DNA from: Planktothrix sp. GU0601_MAG3
Lineage (GTDB): Bacteria > Cyanobacteriota > Cyanobacteriia > Cyanobacteriales > Microcoleaceae
Direction of reading: 5' to 3'
Assembly (NCBI GenBank): GCA_035193785.1
Contig: CP136572.1
Span: 320,001-384,000 of the forward strand
DNA: 64,000 nucleotides
This document shows, piece after piece, positions 22,243 to 36,775 of the stretch; position 1 is the first letter of the stretch, and each line of letters begins with the position of its first letter. The notes under the pieces are model-generated. The model had not been told where the DNA came from and did no database searches. It saw nothing but the letters and a program-made list of their open reading frames with translations. Made by a program: the position numbers and the translations under genes.

Positions 22243-24653
22243 ATGGTTACAAATTTTAGCTCAGAAGTCCCATCTGGTTTTTTAGCCTGGCAAAACTCGG
22301 TTAAATCGTCGAAACAAGGGCCATTAGGAAAACTTAGCTCTGACTTATCTGAATTATTTACAGGTGTCGATCCGCTCAACAGTCAAGTCAACTCGTCATC
22401 TCTAAAGCCAGAGTCATCTCTACAGGTGATTGGAAATAGCGTGGTTATTGAAGCGATCGCGGATACTGACTCAGCGCAATTATTGTCTGACTTAAAAGCA
22501 CTAGGACTCCAGCAACCCTCTGTTTTCGGACGGGTAATTTCGGGGGTGATTCCCATCGATGCGCTGGATGAGGTCGCAGCTTTGCCTAGCTTGCGGTTTG
22601 CTCGTCCCGCCTACAAGCCCATGCTTCATAATTTGGACGACATTCGCACTACTACCTCCGAACCGATCACTAACGTTGGTTTCAGTCACCAGTCAGGGCG
22701 ATCAAGCGCAACCCTCGGACATCGCCAATGAGTTGCACGACATTGGCACTACTACCTCCGAACCGATCACTAACGTTGGTTCAGTCACCAGTCAGGGCGA
22801 TCAAGCGCAACTCTCGGACATCGCCCGTACGACTTATGGCGTGAATGGTGCGGGGATCACGGTGGGTGTTCTCTCGGATAGTTACAACAACTTAGGGGGG
22901 GCGGCTAGTGATGTTGCTAGTGGAGATTTGCCCTCTGGTGTGATCGTGTTACAAGATTTACCGTCAGACGGTTCCGATGAAGGGCGGGCGATGCTACAGA
23001 TCGTCCACGATGTAGCACCGGGGGCGAAACTTGCTTTCAACACTGCCTTTCTGGGAATGCCGAGCTTTGCCAATGGAATTATCAACTTGGCAAAATCTGT
23101 CGCTTCCGGTGGGGCGGGGGCAAAGGTGATCGTTGATGATGTCATTTATTTTACCGAGCCTTTTTTCCAAGACGGGATCGTCACCCAAGCTGTCGATCAA
23201 GTTGCATCTACCGGCGTTGCCTACTTTTCTTCGGCAGGTAATCAAGCCCGTCAATCATACGAAAGTCCCTTCACCCCTGGTCAAACTAGCGGGGATTATA
23301 CCTTCCATGACTTCGATCCCAGTGGGGCTGTAAATATTTTCCAAAAAATCACCTTGAACGCCGGAGTGTTTGCACCTAGCCTGCAATGGGATCAGCCCTT
23401 TGCTTCTGCTAGCACGACTGGGGCAGGTTCACAAAACGACTTGGATATGTTCCTGTTCGCTGATAGCAATGGTGATGGCACGCCCGATCAGTTAATTGCT
23501 TCTAGCGTGGATTATAACATTGATGCCGATCCTTTCGAGTTTTTTGGTGGTTTACAGGGAACTGGTACGGCATACCTAGCGATCGGCAAGTGGGACCCCG
23601 CAGGAGGCCCCAACCCCACCAAAATCAAATATGTTGATTTTGGTGGTAATACCACCTATGAATTCGCCACCAATAGTTCAACGTCCTTCGGACATAATCA
23701 ATCCGCGAACGGACAGGGTGTAGCTGCGGCTGATTATCAAGACACTCCCGCCTTTGGCACGAGTCCGCCTGTAGCCGAGTCATTCACCTCCCTCGGTGGT
23801 ACGCGAATCCTGTTCGATAAGGCGGGGAAACCGACTGGCAACACCAGTCATCCGCAATCAACCCGCGATTACGGCGCCTGATGGAGTCGTTACCACCCTT
23901 CCGAGTAGTACCGGATTAAACCCCTTCTTTGGCACATCAGCCGCCGCCCCCCACGCTGCGGGTGCAGCCGCTTTAATCCGTCAAACAGTTCCTAGCGCGA
24001 CCAATACCAAGATTTACAACGCCCTGAAGAATACGGCGGTTAACATGAATACCCCTGGGTATGACTTTCTCACGGGGACGGGCTTAATTCGCGCAGATGC
24101 CGCGATCGCATCTCTTTGCATTAATGGCACTGCTGGCAGTGATAACTTAACCGGAACTGCCAATGCGGATGTCATGTATGGATTCGCCGGCAACGACACC
24201 CTCAGTGGATTAGCTGGAAACGATATCCTGAAGGGTGGAAATGGTAACGACGCTCTCAGTGGCGGTGCTGCCAATGACCCTCTCACCGGGGGACTTGGTG
24301 CGGATAAATTTATCTACGATACCAACGCTGCCTTTGCCACTTCGGCGGTGGGTGTAGATACAATCACTGACTTTACTATTGGTCAGGGGGATAAAATTGT
24401 CTTGGATAAAACCACCTTTACCAGTATTAGTAGTATTCCGGGAACTGGGTTTTCTATTGCGAATGAGTTTGCCAAGGTAACAACGGATGCCTTAGCTGCT
24501 ACCAGTGCTGCCGATATTGTTTATAATACCGCGACGGGCGGATTATTCTACAATCCAAATGGCGCAGCCGCAGGTTTTGGTACCGGAGCTAAATTCCTCA
24601 CCTTAACCAATAAACCTGCTTTAACAGCTAGTCAATTTCTCATTAAAGCCTAA
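22243..24653 (+). CDS. Secreted S8 subtilase with RTX repeats and shared C-terminal tail, apparent frameshifts at ~22679 and ~23827
   Basis: VGVLSDS, SDEGRAM..IVHDVAPGA, SSAGN, FGTSAAAPH, GGxGxD repeats; AGGAG RBS. Confidence 0.85.
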
Positions 24654-27600
24654 AGTTAACTCTTTTTTGTAATGTTTGGTAACAAGAACTGGTAAGAATC
24701 AAGATCAGACTAGGTAATTGTACCTAAAGGCTCACAAAATTAGTTGGACATAACCTAAGTAGAATCACCGTTGTTAGGGTGGGTTTATGCCCTTATCTCA
24801 GGGAACCCCCAGTTACTAAAAGAATTATTGACATCACCGGACTACCTCGTTCAGGCACTGCCCTAGTGTCTCAACTCCTCCAGAAAGAGCGAGGTGGGTT
24901 AGATAATTTGTCATTCCCGCCTCAACCCCAATATCTTGTTGAGCTTTGTCCGATTCCTGATTAATAAATACAGGAGTTAAATCATGACATCAAGTTTTGC
25001 CGAAGATACAATTTCCCTTCCTGGTGTTTACTATGGTTCCGTCGCCTGGTCTGACTACACCGGAGACGGCAAACCCGACTTGCTGTTGACGGGTTCCAAT
25101 AATTCATTCAACCCCATCTCCAAACTGTACAAAAACACAGGCAGTGGTTTGAGCGAAGATACCAGTATTTCCCTTCCTGGTGTTGACTACGGTTCTGTCG
25201 CCTGGTCTGACTACAACGGAGACGGCAAACCGGACTTGCTGTTGACGGGTTACGATAATTCATTCAACCCCATCTCCAAACTGTACAAAAACACAGGCAG
25301 TGGTTTTATCGGAGATACCAGTATTTCCCTTCCTGGTGTTTCTGGCAGTTCCGTCGCCTGGTCTGACTACACCGGAGACGGCAAACCGGACTTCCTGTTG
25401 ACGGGTAACACAGGTTCAGGCCGCATCTCCAAACTGTACAAAAACACAGGCAGTGGTTTTAGCGAAGATACCAGTATTTCCCTTCCTGGTGTTGGGTACA
25501 GTTCCGTCGCCTGGTCTGACTACACCGGAGACGGCAAACCCGACTTGCTGTTGACGGGTCTGGATAATTCATGGAACCCCATCTCCAAACTTTACAAAAA
25601 CACAGGCAGTGGTTTTAGCGAAGATACCAGTATTTCCCTTCCTGGTGTTGCCGAGGGTTCCGTCGCCTGGTCTGACTACACCGGAGACGGCAAACCCGAC
25701 TTGCTGTTGACGGGTTTAGATAATTCAAACAACCGCATCTCCAAACTGTACAAAAACACAGGCAGTGGTTTTAGCGAAGATACCAGTATTTCCCTCCCTG
25801 GTGTTGCCGATGGTTCCGTCGCCTGGTCTGACTACACCGGAGACAGCCAACCGGACTTCCTGTTGACGGGTTTCCGATAATTCAGTCGGCATCTCCAAAC
25901 TCTACAAAAACACAGGCAGTGGTTTGAGCGAAGATACCAGTATTTCCCTTCCTGGTGTTTCTGGCAGTTCCGTCGCCTGGTCTGACTACACCGGAGACGG
26001 CAAACCGGACTTCCTGTTGACGGGTTGGGGTAGTTCAGGCCCCATCTCCAAACTGTACAAAAACGCCTCAGATACAACCCCACCCACAGCCAGCAGTTTC
26101 ACTCCGGCTGATAATGCCACCGGGGTTGCCGTTGGTGCTAACTTAATCGTCAACTTCAGCGAAGCGATTCAAAAAGGCACAGGCAATATTGTGATTAAGA
26201 AAGTTTCGGATAACTCGCTAGTAGAAACCATCCAGGTAACGGCTACTAATGTCACCGTTAGTGGAACTCAACTAACCATTAACCCCACAGCCGATTTAGC
26301 CCAAGGTACAGATTACTACGTGGAAATCGCCAACGGTACAATTGAAGATCTGGCTAGCAACGATTATGCTGGTATTATCGGAAATAGCACCTGGAACTTC
26401 AAAACACAGGGAACCCCTACCATTAATGGTACGGCTGATAATGATATTCTGATGGGAACAGCCAACTCAGAAATTATTAATGGTTTAGCCGGAAATGACC
26501 AAATTCTCGGTTTGGCCAGTAACGATAGTCTCAATGGTGGCGATGGCCATGATAGCCTTGATGGTAGTGCCGGAGCCGACCAACTGCAAGGACAAGCCGG
26601 AGACGATATTTATACTGTTGATAATGCCGGAGATATGGTTACAGAATCAGCCAGTCAAGGCCGAGATTTAGTCCAATCTTTTATTACCTATACCCTCCCC
26701 GTCAATGTTGAAGACCTAACCCTGGCGGGTTCCGCCGTTATTAACGGTACAGGCAACAGCCTGAATAATAGCATTATAGGCAATAACGCTAATAATACCC
26801 TTAACGGTAGCACCGGAGCCGATCTGTTAGTGGGTCGGGCTGGAAATGATACTTATCTGGTCGAGAATGCCAGTGATGTTGTTGCCGAAGCCCTCAGTGA
26901 AGGAACTGATTTGGTACAATCTTCTGTAACTTATAACTTACCTGCTAATGTGGAAAATCTCACCTTAACAGGAACAACTGCAATTAATGGTATAGGTAAT
27001 ACTCTAGCTAATCTTATGACAGGTAATACTGTTAATAATATCCTGAATGGTAGTACCGGAGCCGACCAACTCAAAGGCGGTACAGGAAATGATACTTATG
27101 TTGTCGATAATCTTGGGGATGTGGTGACCGAATTAGCTAGTGCCGGAACCGATTTAGTCCAATCTTCTGTAACTTATACCTTACCTGTGGAAGTCGAAAA
27201 CCTGACCTTAACAGGAACAACTGCAATTAATGGTACAGGTAATACTCTAGCTAATATGATTACAGGTAATACTGCTAATAATATTCTCAATGGGGGAGAT
27301 GGTAATGACTCTCTCAGTGGCGGTGCTGCCAATGACCCTCTCACCGGGGGACTTGGTGCGGATAAATTTATCTACGATACCAATGCTGCCTTTGCCACTT
27401 CGGCGGTGGGTGTAGATACAATCACTGACTTTACTATTGGTCAGGGGGATAAAATTGTCTTGGATAAAACCACCTTTACCAGTATTAGTAGTATTCCGGG
27501 AACTGGGTTTTCTATTGCGAATGAGTTTGCCAAGGTAACAACGGATGCCTTAGCTGCTACCAGTGCTGCCGATATTGTTTATAATACCGCGACGGGCGGA

Positions 27601-28040
27601 TTATTCTACAATCAAAATGGCACAGCCGCAGGTTTTGGTACCGGAGCTAAATTTCTCACCTTAACCAATAAACCTGCCTTAACAGCTAGTCAATTTCTCA
27701 TTCAAGCGTGAATCTAACTTTTTTTGTAACGTTTAGTCACAAGATCTGGTAAGAATCAAGATCAGACTAGATAATTGTACCTAAAGGCTCACAAAATTAG
27801 TTGGACATAACCTAAGTAGAATCACCGTTGTTAGGGTGGGTTTATGCCCTTATCTCAGGGAACCCCCAGTTACTAAAAGAATTATTGACATCACCGGACT
27901 ACCTCGTTCAGGCACTGCCCTAGTGTCTCAACTCCTCCAGAAAGAGCGAGGTGGGTTAGATAATTTGTAATTCCCGCCTCAACCCCAATATCTTGTTGAG
28001 CTTTGTCCGATGCCTTATTAATAAATACAGGAGTTAAATC
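24654..28040 (+). repeat. ~330-bp near-identical intergenic duplication (24654-24983 and 27712-28040)
   Basis: Direct comparison shows only a few substitutions. Confidence 0.9.
24984..27711 (+). CDS. FG-GAP/VCBS 7-repeat protein with Ig-like (Big_5) domain and RTX repeats, apparent frameshift at ~25870
   Basis: 7 x SVAWSDYxGDGKPDxLLTG, DTTPPT..PADNATGV..FSE Ig-like domain, GGxGxD/VENLTLTG repeats. Confidence 0.88.
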
Positions 28041-29943
28041 ATGACATCAAGTTTTGCCGAAGATACAATTTCCCTTCCTGGTGTTGACTATGGTTTCCGT
28101 CGCCTGGTCTGACTACACCGGAGACGGCAAACCCGACTTACTGTTGACGGGTTACTCAAGTTCAGGCTCCATCTCCAAACTGTACAAAAACACAGGTGGT
28201 GGTTTGAGCGAAGATACCAGTATTTCCCTTCCTGGTGTTTTCTCCAGTTCCGTCGCCTGGTCTGACTACAACGGAGACGGCAAACCCGACTTCCTGCTGA
28301 CGGGTTGGGATAGTTCATTCAACCCCATCTCCAAACTATACAAAAACACAGGCAGTGGTTTTAGCGAAGATACCAGTATTTCCCTTCCTGGTGTTGGCTG
28401 GAGTTCCGTCGCCTGGTCTGACTACACCGGAGACGGCAAACCCGACTTCCTGTTGACGGGTTACTCAAGTTCAGGCGACATCTCGAAACTGTACAAAAAC
28501 ACAGGCAGTGGTTTTAGCGAAGATACCAGTATTTCCCTTCCTGGTGTTGACTCTGGTTCCGTCGCCTGGTCTGACTACACCGGAGACGGCAAACCCGACT
28601 TCCTGTTGACGGGTTCCGATAATTCATACAACCCCATCTCCAAACTGTACAAAAACACAGGCAGTGGTTTTAGCGAAGATACCAGTATTTCCCTTCCTGG
28701 TATTTACTACAGTTCCGTCGCCTGGTCTGACTACAACGGAGACGGCAAACCCGACCTGCTGTTGACGGGTTCCGATAGTTCATTCAACCCCATCTCGAAA
28801 CTGTACAAAAACACAGGCAGTGGTTTGAGCGAAGATACCAGTATTTCCCTTCCTGGTGTTTTCTCCAGTTCCGTCGCCTGGTCTGACTACAACGGAGACG
28901 GCAAACCCGACCTGCTGTTGACGGGTTCCGATAGTTCATTCAACCCCATCTCGAAACTGTACAAAAACACAGGCAGTGGTTTGAGCGAAGATACCAGTAT
29001 TTCCCTTCCTGGTGTTGACTCTGGTTCCGTCGCCTGGTCTGACTACACCGGAGACGGCAAACCCGACTTCCTGTTGACGGGTTACTCTTTCTCAAGTCCA
29101 GGCCCCATCTCGAAACTGTACAAAAACACCACCACCCCTGTTATTAATGGTACGGCTAATAATGATATTCTCATCGGAACAGCCAACTCAGAAACGATTA
29201 ATGGTTTAGGAGGCAATGACAAACTTTCAGGTCTGGGTGGTAATGACTCCCTTAATGGTGGTACTGGAAATGATACCCTAAATGGGGGTGCAGGAAGCGA
29301 CCAACTCAAAGGCAATGGGGGTAATGATGTTTATATTGTCGGTACTGGGGATATCATTACAGAATTAGCTTCTGCTGGAACAGATTTAATTCAATCCTCT
29401 GTTACCTATACCTTACCTGCTAATGTGGAAAACCTGACCTTAACCGGGACAACAGCAATTAATGGTACAGGTAATACTCTAGCTAATATGATTACAGGTA
29501 ATACTGCTAATAATATTCTCAATGGGGGAGATGGTAATGACTCTCTCAGTGGCGGTGCTGCCAATGACCCCCTCACCGGGGGACTCGGTGCGGATAAATT
29601 TATCTACAATACCAATGCTGCCTTTGCCGCTTCGGCGGTGGGTGTAGATACAATCACTGACTTTACTATTGGTCAAGTGGATAAAATCGTCTTGGATAAA
29701 ACCACCTTTACCAGTATTAGTAGTATTCCGGGAACTGGGTTTTCTATTGCGAATGAGTTTGCCAAGGTAACAACGGATGCCTTAGCTGCTACCAGTGCTG
29801 CCGATATTGTTTATAATACCGCGACGGGCGGATTATTCTACAATCCAAATGGCGCAGCCGCAGGTTTTGGTACCGGAGCTAAATTCCTCACCTTAACTGG
29901 AAAACCTGCCTTAACAGCTAGTCAGTTTCTCATTCAAGCGTGA
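28041..29943 (+). CDS. FG-GAP/VCBS 7-repeat protein with RTX repeats, apparent frameshift at ~28092
   Basis: Same RBS and ATGACATCAAGT start as 24984; 7 FG-GAP units; shared tail. Confidence 0.88.
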
Positions 29944-30148
29944 ATCTAACTTTTTTTGTAACATTTAGTCACAAGAACTGGTAAGAATCAAGATCAGACT
30001 GGATAATTGTACCTAAAGGCTCGCGGAAACATCTGGACATGATCCGATCCGTGTGATCGCTGTCTGGTTTGTTTTGTACCCTCGTTTCAGGGAGCCTCAG
30101 TTACTGAACGTGTGATTGATGTGGGAAGTCCATTATCAGTAAGGGAGC

Positions 30149-32558
30149 ATGATCGTCATGGAGACGAAAGAAGATAAGGATTTGGAATTGAAGCCGTCAC
30201 AACCTCCTCAAGTCGGATCGGAAGAGGTGGAAGTGAGGCCGTCACAACCTACTAGCTTCGCACCGGATCGTGTAATAGTCAAACTGAAGCCCAGCACGAA
30301 TGCCAATGAGGCTGTCAGCTTGCAGGCTGAGGTCGGGGTTGCAGGAGTCACCACAGCTCCACGACTCGGAATTGAGTTTTGGCAGATTCCTCCAGGAAAG
30401 GTGGAACAAACAATATCCGCTTATAAGAATGATCCCCGGTTTGAATACATAGAACCCGATTATCTCATCACCCTTGAGGATGTCCAAAAACCGAGTCCTG
30501 CTCAGGAAGATTCAGCAGCAATTACACCCCTAGTCACAACTCCCAATGACCCTCTTTATACCCAATTATGGGGACTCAACAACACAGGTCAAAGTGGGGG
30601 AAAAGCCGATGCCGACATCGATGCCCCGGAAGCCTGGGATATTCAAAAGGGCAATCCCAACTTAGTGATCGGGGTTATCGATTCGGGCGTTAATTACAAG
30701 CACCCCGACTTAGTGGGGAATATCTGGACAAATCCCGGGGAAATCGCCGAAAATGGCATTGATGACGACCAGAACGGATATATAGATGACACTCGTGGCT
30801 GGGACTTTGGCGATAATGACAATAACCCGATGGATGTGCAAGGACATGGCACCCATGTTGCCGGAACCATTGCCGCAAAAGGTAATAACGGCGTTGGAGT
30901 GACCGGGGTTGCCTGGAATGCCAAGATTATGCCACTTAAGCTTACCCCTGATGGTGTCCAGATCATCCGTACATCCAATGCGATCAAAGCAGTTGAATAT
31001 AGTATGGCGAAGGGAGTCAAACTCACCAATAACTCTTGGGGTGTGCCAGCATATAGTCAAGCTCTACGCAATGCCATCTGGTTCGCCGGACAACAGGAGG
31101 GAGCTTTGTTTATTGCTGCGGCGGGTAATGGGGGCTCCAATCAGATTGGAGATAACAACGACATCACGCCTTCTTATCCTGCCAGCTACAACCTGCCTAA
31201 TATTATCTCCGTTGCCGCCACCGACAGCACCGATGCGCGCGCATCTTTCTCCAACTATGGAGCCAAGACTGTGGATTTAGGAGCGCCTGGTTCGGGTATT
31301 CTAAGCACCACCATAACCGAAGCAGGTTATGGTCTTGATAGCGGTACATCGATGGCGGCTCCCCATGTCACCGGGGCGGCGGCGTTGCTATGGTCTCAAA
31401 ATCCCAATTTGACGGCACAGCAAGTTAAAGACAAGCTGATGCAAACAACTGACCCTATTTTTGCTTTGAATGGTAAGACGGTTTCAGGGGGTCGGTTGAA
31501 CATTAACAATGCTTTGAGAAGCCTCGTCACCGGGAACCCCAGTTCTATTACTATTCCCAGTAGCGGCGCTGCCACGCCTTATCCATCAACGATTAATGTT
31601 TCCGGTGTCAGTGGGAACATTACCCGGGTTTCAAGTCAGCTTAAGCGGTTTATCCCATACTTATCCAGATGATGTGGATATGTTCCTGCAGGGGCCCGGT
31701 GGACAAAAAGTCATGCTCATGTCCGATGCCGGGGGAGACCGTCCCTTTGGCTTAAATAATGTCAATCTCACTTTTAGTGACAGTGCCTCAGGGACGTTGC
31801 CAGATGCGTCTCAAATTACATCAGGAACTTATCGTCCAACTAACTACAAAGTCGGTGATGTCTTCCTTGCTCCCGCACCCGTTGGCCCCTATGGTACCGC
31901 GTTGTCCGCGTTCAATGGCACAAATCCCAATGGCCAGTGGAAGCTATTTGTGCAGGATGATCTGGAAGGAGATAGTGGTTCTATATTTGGTGGCTGGAGT
32001 TTAACGATTCAGGCAACTGATGCCATAAGTGGGACTGCTGGCGCTGATAACTTAACCGGAACGGCGAAGGCGGACATCATCAATGGATTAGCTGGAAACG
32101 ACAGCCTGAAAGGATTAGGCGAAAACGACGCCCTCGATGGAGGCGGTGGTGATGATCGTTTACATGGAGGACTCGGAAACGATCAACTTACGGGTGGACT
32201 TGGTGCGGATAATTTTATCTACAATACCAATGCTGCCTTTGCGACTTCGGCGGTGGGTGTGGATACAATCACTGACTTTACTATTGCTCAAGGGGATAAA
32301 ATTGTCTTAGATAAAACCACCTTTACCAGTATTAGCAGTATGGCGGGAACCGGGTTTTCTATTGCCAATGAATTTGCCCAAGTCACCACCGAAGCCTTAG
32401 CTGCTACCAGTGCTGCCGATATTGTTTATAATACCGCGACGGGCGGATTATTCTACAATCCAAATGGCGCAGCCGCAGGTTTTGGTACCGGATCTAAATT
32501 CCTCACCTTAACCAATAAACCTGCTTTAACAGCTAGTCAATTTCTCATTCAAGCGTGA
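30149..32558 (+). CDS. Secreted S8 subtilase with P-domain-like module and RTX tail, apparent frameshift at ~31628
   Basis: Triad motifs VIDSG, HGTHVAG, GTSMAAPHV; AAAGN; NGQWKLFVQD..GWSL P-domain; shared tail. Confidence 0.9.
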
Positions 32559-32567
32559 ATCTAACGG

Positions 32568-32615
32568 TGTTGTTGTGTTTAATGCCTAATCAAAATAGGG
32601 TTAAACACAACAACA
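32568..32615. terminator. Perfect inverted repeat between convergent genes, probable bidirectional terminator
   Basis: TGTTGTTGTGTTTAA ... TTAAACACAACAACA. Confidence 0.65.
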
Positions 32616-32620
32616 TTGTC

Positions 32621-33956
32621 CTAACTTGATAAACGTCTCAACTGCACTTTTAAACCATCCCGGGGACGGGGAGTGGGAATCATGATCAGGTCTAAGGATT
32701 GATTGGGTAACAGTTGCCAATCATAATTTCTCACTAACAATGCCGCAAATAATTTGATCTCTAATTTAGCAAATTCTTTGCCGATACATTCCCGCATTCC
32801 GCCCCCAAAGGGAACCCAACTAAAGGGTTTGGGTTTATCTTCATTGCGGGCTTCGCTAAAGCGTTTCAGGATCGAATTCTTGCGGTTGAAAATAAACAGT
32901 TTCATCTTGATGGGTTTTGGTAATTTGATATAAAACTGACCATCCTTTGGGGATAAAATAACCGTTATATTCACAATCTTGAATTACTTCTCGAAAACCG
33001 CCACCAACCGGAGACACAAACCGCAATACTTCTTTGATCACCTGTTCTAAATAGGTCATGGATTTTAAATTTTCAAAGGTGATGGGTTGGGTGGGATCAA
33101 ACTGTTGTTGTTCGGCTCTAATTTTTGCTATAATATCAGGACGCTGACCGACCTGTAAACAGAAGGATGCGATCGCCGAAGTTAAGGTTTCATGTCCGGC
33201 AAATAATAGGGTTAAAATCTGATCCTTGAGTTCCTCAATTCCGAGTTTGTTTCCGTCTTCATCCTGGGCTTGTAATAATAATCCCAAGGCATCTTCCCCA
33301 GACTGGGGTTGCTGCTGACGTTGACGAATTAGGGTTTCTATTTCTGTTAGTAATAACTGACGACGTTGCCAACCCCGATTAAATTTTGTTCCGGGTAAAC
33401 GTAGGGGAATGGTAAACAGTCCATTAGACCAATCTTCAAATAATGCTTCTAAATTGGTATCGGTGGCTTGCTGTTTTCCGATTAATAATTTACAGGCAAT
33501 ATCAAAGGTATATTTCCGTAATTCAGGATACCAAGTTAAGGTTGATTTTTGTTCCCATTTATGCAAATAAAGATGGGTAAAATCTTCCATAGTCGTAGCA
33601 TATCCGGCTAAAACTCTGGGTTGAAAGGCTTGGGATAATATTTTACGGCGAGACTTATGAACGTCTGCTAATTGCATTGATAATGCTCCTTTTCCTAATA
33701 ATATTCGGGTACTTGGGGGCCAAGCCGCAATAAAATATTTATTCTCATTGGCAAATAAAAACCGATTAGCTTCTGCACCCGTCATAGTTACCGTGGGACG
33801 ACCAAAAAGATGGGTTTTAAAAATTGATCCATATTGTTTTTGTCGCTTGTCAGCGAAATCAGGATCTCGCAAAAAACTAATGGTTTCACCAATAACAGGA
33901 AAACCCAACTTACCAGGGGGTAAAGGGAGAGAACTTATAGATTTAGTTGATGTCAT
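32621..33956 (-). CDS. Cytochrome P450 (CYP120-like), apparent frameshift at ~32862
   Basis: LPPGKLGFP, AGHETL, EVLR, FDPERF (corrected), PFGGGMRECIG heme motif. Confidence 0.92.
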
Positions 33957-34038
33957 AGTCAGGGTAATTGCTTAACTTGAATTGAAATGATAGGATTGGG
34001 TAATGATCAAAATGCTAACACTATTTCCATAAAAGATC

Positions 34039-34713
34039 ATGAATTACGGCCCTTCCCCCCAGACCCGTTATCCCATCCCCGAACAAACTCGATTAGTGTA
34101 TCTGAAAACCATTATTAAAAATCCGAATATTATTGTCGGGGATTATACTTATTATGATGATTTCGAGAACCCAGAAAACTTTGAAAAGAATGTTTTATAC
34201 CATTTTGATTTTATCGGAGATCAATTAATTATTGGTAAATTCTGTGCGATCGCTTCTGATGTTAAATTTATTATGAATGGCGGGAATCATCGCACGGATT
34301 GGTTAACAAATTATCCTTTTCCGGTATTTGGAAACGGTTGGGAATCTGCCATGCCTGATTCCTGGCCATTTAAAGGAAATACGGTAATTGGCAATGATGT
34401 TTGGATCGGATATGGGGCCACAATTATGCCTGGAATTAATATTGGGGATGGGGCAATTATTGGGACTCAATCGGTTGTTACCCGGGATGTTCCTCCCTAT
34501 ACAATTGTGGGGGGAAATCCCGCTAAAGAAATTCGTAAACGGTTTAAAGATTCTGTGATTGAAGAACTATTAAATATCCGATGGTGGGATTGGGATATTC
34601 AGAAAATTACTCGTTATCTTCAAGGGATTTGTGGGGCGGATATTGAGGCGTTACGTCAGGTTTTAGATACTGACAGGACTTACGCAGAATACCCAATTAT
34701 ACACCATCTGTAG
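34039..34713 (+). CDS. Vat/CatB-family hexapeptide O-acetyltransferase
   Basis: VGDYTYYDD, IGKFCAIA, IGNDVWIG, GGNPAKEIRKRF, WWDW. Confidence 0.9.
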   Translation: MNYGPSPQTRYPIPEQTRLVYLKTIIKNPNIIVGDYTYYDDFENPENFEKNVLYHFDFIGDQLIIGKFCAIASDVKFIMNGGNHRTDWLTNYPFPVFGNGWESAMPDSWPFKGNTVIGNDVWIGYGATIMPGINIGDGAIIGTQSVVTRDVPPYTIVGGNPAKEIRKRFKDSVIEELLNIRWWDWDIQKITRYLQGICGADIEALRQVLDTDRTYAEYPIIHHL

Positions 34714-34765
34714 GGGCGAATGGCCATTCGCCCCTACTAGATATGGTTGTTTTGCGTAAGTCCTG
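34674..34765. mobile_element. 92-bp MITE with 13-bp TIRs and 6-bp target duplication
   Basis: CAGGACTTACGCA ... TGCGTAAGTCCTG flanked by TACTGA on both sides; internal palindrome GTAGGGGCGAATGGCCATTCGCCCCTAC. Confidence 0.85.
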
Positions 34766-34887
34766 TACTGAGTAAAGCAGGTTGTGATGGTAGGGATAAT
34801 TCATGAATTGCCCCCGCGACAAGGATTAAATTTCAAGTTCAAGAAATATTACAATCTAATCCTTGTAGTGGGGGAAGGGTGCAAAAA

Positions 34888-36599
<1,712 letters not shown>

Positions 36600-36619
36600 C
36601 TATTCGTCGATCAACGAAT

Positions 36620-36775
36620 TTAGGCACTACAAGGTTGACCCACAAACAGGAGAATCTCAAAATTGCCTCTAACTACATACTCACCGACTTGAATTTGACC
36701 TGTTTCTAGGGTCTTTTCTAAATAATATCTCGTCCAATCTGCTAAATCCTTGGGAAATACATCCTCATGCTTCAT
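36620..36775 (-). pseudogene. Short PAS-like fragment, probable gene remnant
   Basis: MKHEDVFPKDLADWTRYYLEKTLETGQIQVGEYVV resembles the second half of a PAS_4 fold; only 51 codons. Confidence 0.3.

Noticed and set aside
24984..29130. FG-GAP repeats as a CRISPR-like array or a diversity-generating retroelement
   Set aside because: Units are in-frame coding repeats; variable codons also change at third positions; no RT or template repeat in the window
34039..34713. Acquired streptogramin or chloramphenicol resistance gene
   Set aside because: Family membership alone does not give the substrate; chromosomal context with no integron or transposase
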